This document shows, piece by piece, positions 61,914 to 64,000 of a stretch of DNA of 64,000 nucleotides (position 1 is the first letter of the stretch; each line of letters begins with the position of its first letter). Source of the stretch: Macrostomum lignano (taxonomy: Eukaryota). Location: assembly GCA_002269645.1 (NCBI GenBank), contig NIVC01000558.1:1-64000 (forward strand). The letters are read 5' to 3'. The notes beneath the pieces are model-generated. The model was given only the letters and a program-made list of their open reading frames with translations. It had not been told where the DNA came from and did not search any database. The translations under genes were made by a program, and so were the position numbers.

Positions 61914-63983
61914 ATGATTCGCGAAATTCTTCTCGCCTGCGCCTTGGTCTGCGCTGCTGCAGCGAGTGACCTTGACGGCACAGGTAACAGCCTACGGTGA
62001 CTAATTATTTTACCAATTATGTGAAAATGCATCACAAAGGTGAACCACAAATCCCTTGCAGAGTACTCGACTGATCCTGTGGAGTCGCTGAACTCCGCTG
62101 CTCCGATAAGATCAGCTGGTGGCAGCAGCGACATTCACTGCACTGTGCAGTGCTCGGCCGCTGGAGCTGCCGTCTGCGCTGCCACCGCCTACGTGAAAGA
62201 GACTCGGCTGTGCCTGTTCTCAGGAGTGAGCAATGCGGACTTTTCTGCTGCCGCTCCGAGCAGCATCGTTTATCGAAGAGTAAAAGGTGCGCAAGTGCGG
62301 GTTTCATTCACTTTTTATGGGCAGTTTTTTCATACTGTAGGGCCTTTTTTGGTAACTGAGACTTGAACCACGACGTGTGTCCGGAAAAAAGTGTTCTTTT
62401 TTGTGCTTCTGACGTTTGGTAAGTTGCACTTTGGTGTCGTTTAAAAGCGGCAATTTACGAGCTATTTGTTTAAAATGAATCGAATTGCTATTAATATATT
62501 TTTATATATTAAGAGATACTCGTATTTAAGTACAGGGAGATTGGTCATTGAAGGTGAGGTGAGAACCTGTATACGCACGAGCTGTGAGGAAAAAATTATC
62601 GATTGCCACTGAGCAGAATGCAAATTTCAACGGATATTTGAGTTTCTGTAAGTCTACGAGCACTCTCTCTCGCTTAAGTCATGTTACCTCGCGTACGCTT
62701 TCCAACAACTTACCAAACTTCCGCAACACAAGTATAACACTATTTTCCGTACAACCCTCATAATTAGCTGATTGATTAATGCAGAAATACAGTAAATCTA
62801 AATGACTACTATTCCACGATTTTCAAGATGAATTGACAACATTAACAGCAGCAGCAGCAGCAGCAACAACAACAACAACAACAACAACAACATCAACAAC
62901 AAGAACTGCTTCTACTACTCCTACAACTTCTGCAACTACAAATACTACTCCTTCTCCTACTCCCGGATACCATGTGATGATGAGTCGTACAGGACTCACA
63001 CTTAGCTTTGCTCGAACTTGGACTGAGTACGAAAACGGCTTCGGCGATGGAGTGGACATGTGGCTCGGTGAGACCTACGAGAGTATTGGTTCAACAGAAA
63101 CAGTTTTAACCTACGAGTAGCTTATTTTAGTAATAAAAGATAAAAACATTTAAACATTTGTTTTCCTAAAGTCTTTGTGACGAAAGATTTAATAACTTAC
63201 CATCGACCCTTTAGCAGGGCTGTGACTTTTGATTTATGTTATGATGACTCATATGACGACTTAAAAGTGAGTAAAATTTTAAGTAGCACGAATTCTTCAA
63301 ATGATGATTCATATTTTTATTACACCTGCCCCAATCGGCAGATGTGCAACCGACAGCTCAGCCGCAGCTATTGCGCGCGCATCTGAAGGCTGCGTACGGC
63401 TGTTCAGTCTAAGGACTCTAACCATGCACTAGGCTACAACCCCTTGTATATTAATTTACTTGTAACAGTCGCTGTTTGACTTGTAGACTTGTACTAAAAA
63501 AGACATTTTTAATCGCCACAGCAAGCTTTATGCTTATCCAATCTTGCATTAAAATCACTTGATTCAGGCCTGAAAGAAATAAATGAGCTGACTGGGAGCA
63601 CGCCAAAAAAGCTGAGAGTGGAGACTGTGTCCACTGCTGGCGTTTCGTACGTCGATGAGTATTCCGGATTCTCCGTGGGCGATGCCAGCACCAACTACGC
63701 CATGACCTTCGATGCTCATTTGACGGCCAGCTCAAACACGACTGGCGACTCGCTCACCTATCACAAAGGCGCTCAGTTCTCCACCATGGACAGGGATAAC
63801 GATCAATCGCCCACTTCTTGTACCTCGCAATACGGCAATGGCGGCTGGTGGTTTAAATCCTGTTTTCGTACTCTTCCCACGGGAGGAGCCTACACAGCGT
63901 CCAACGGGGCGACCGTCGATCCCTTCATTCGCTGGATATACGCTGATGAACTTCAACAGGCTATTCGATTGCTGCTGATTTAA
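61914..63983 (+). CDS. PAN-FReD paralog G6, intact (signal peptide-PAN-long Ala/Thr stalk-FReD, 316 aa)
   Basis: join(61914..61983,62062..62286,62828..63067,63568..63983) = 951 nt, open; GT-AG phase 1 introns. Confidence 0.9.
63325..63443 (-). mobile_element. tRNA-derived SINE remnant, intron 3 of G6
   Basis: Internally deleted homolog of 33972-34222. Confidence 0.6.
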
Positions 63984-64000
63984 AACAATTTCTAGCTTTA

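Overview
Eukaryotic (invertebrate-type) genomic DNA with GT-AG introns, TTAGGG tracts and satellites; no prokaryotic features or CRISPR array. A free-living flatworm such as Macrostomum is a guess only. Bases 1-17.5 kb are mostly tandem repeats, two head-to-tail satellite-carrying Helitron-like elements, and one intronless secreted PAN-like + LamG-like gene interrupted by a single in-frame TAG. Bases 18-64 kb hold a tandem cluster of six paralogous units encoding secreted signal peptide - PAN/Apple - Thr-rich stalk - fibrinogen-related domain (FReD) proteins. Two are intact, two are frameshifted, one is truncated before the FReD and one is an orphan FReD exon. The PAN exon is nearly invariant at protein level, whereas the C-terminal FReD ligand-binding region is hypervariable and appears block-shuffled around a shared 15-nt motif. 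This constant/variable organisation is the strongest candidate for an undescribed innate-recognition system. Introns and spacers carry a probable solo LTR, an RNase H LINE, a Tc1/IS630 relic, a tRNA-derived SINE, and a nested insertion: a three-LTR tandem Ty3/gypsy element inside a long-TIR element with a 6-bp TSD. All gene models were spliced by eye and no database searches were run.
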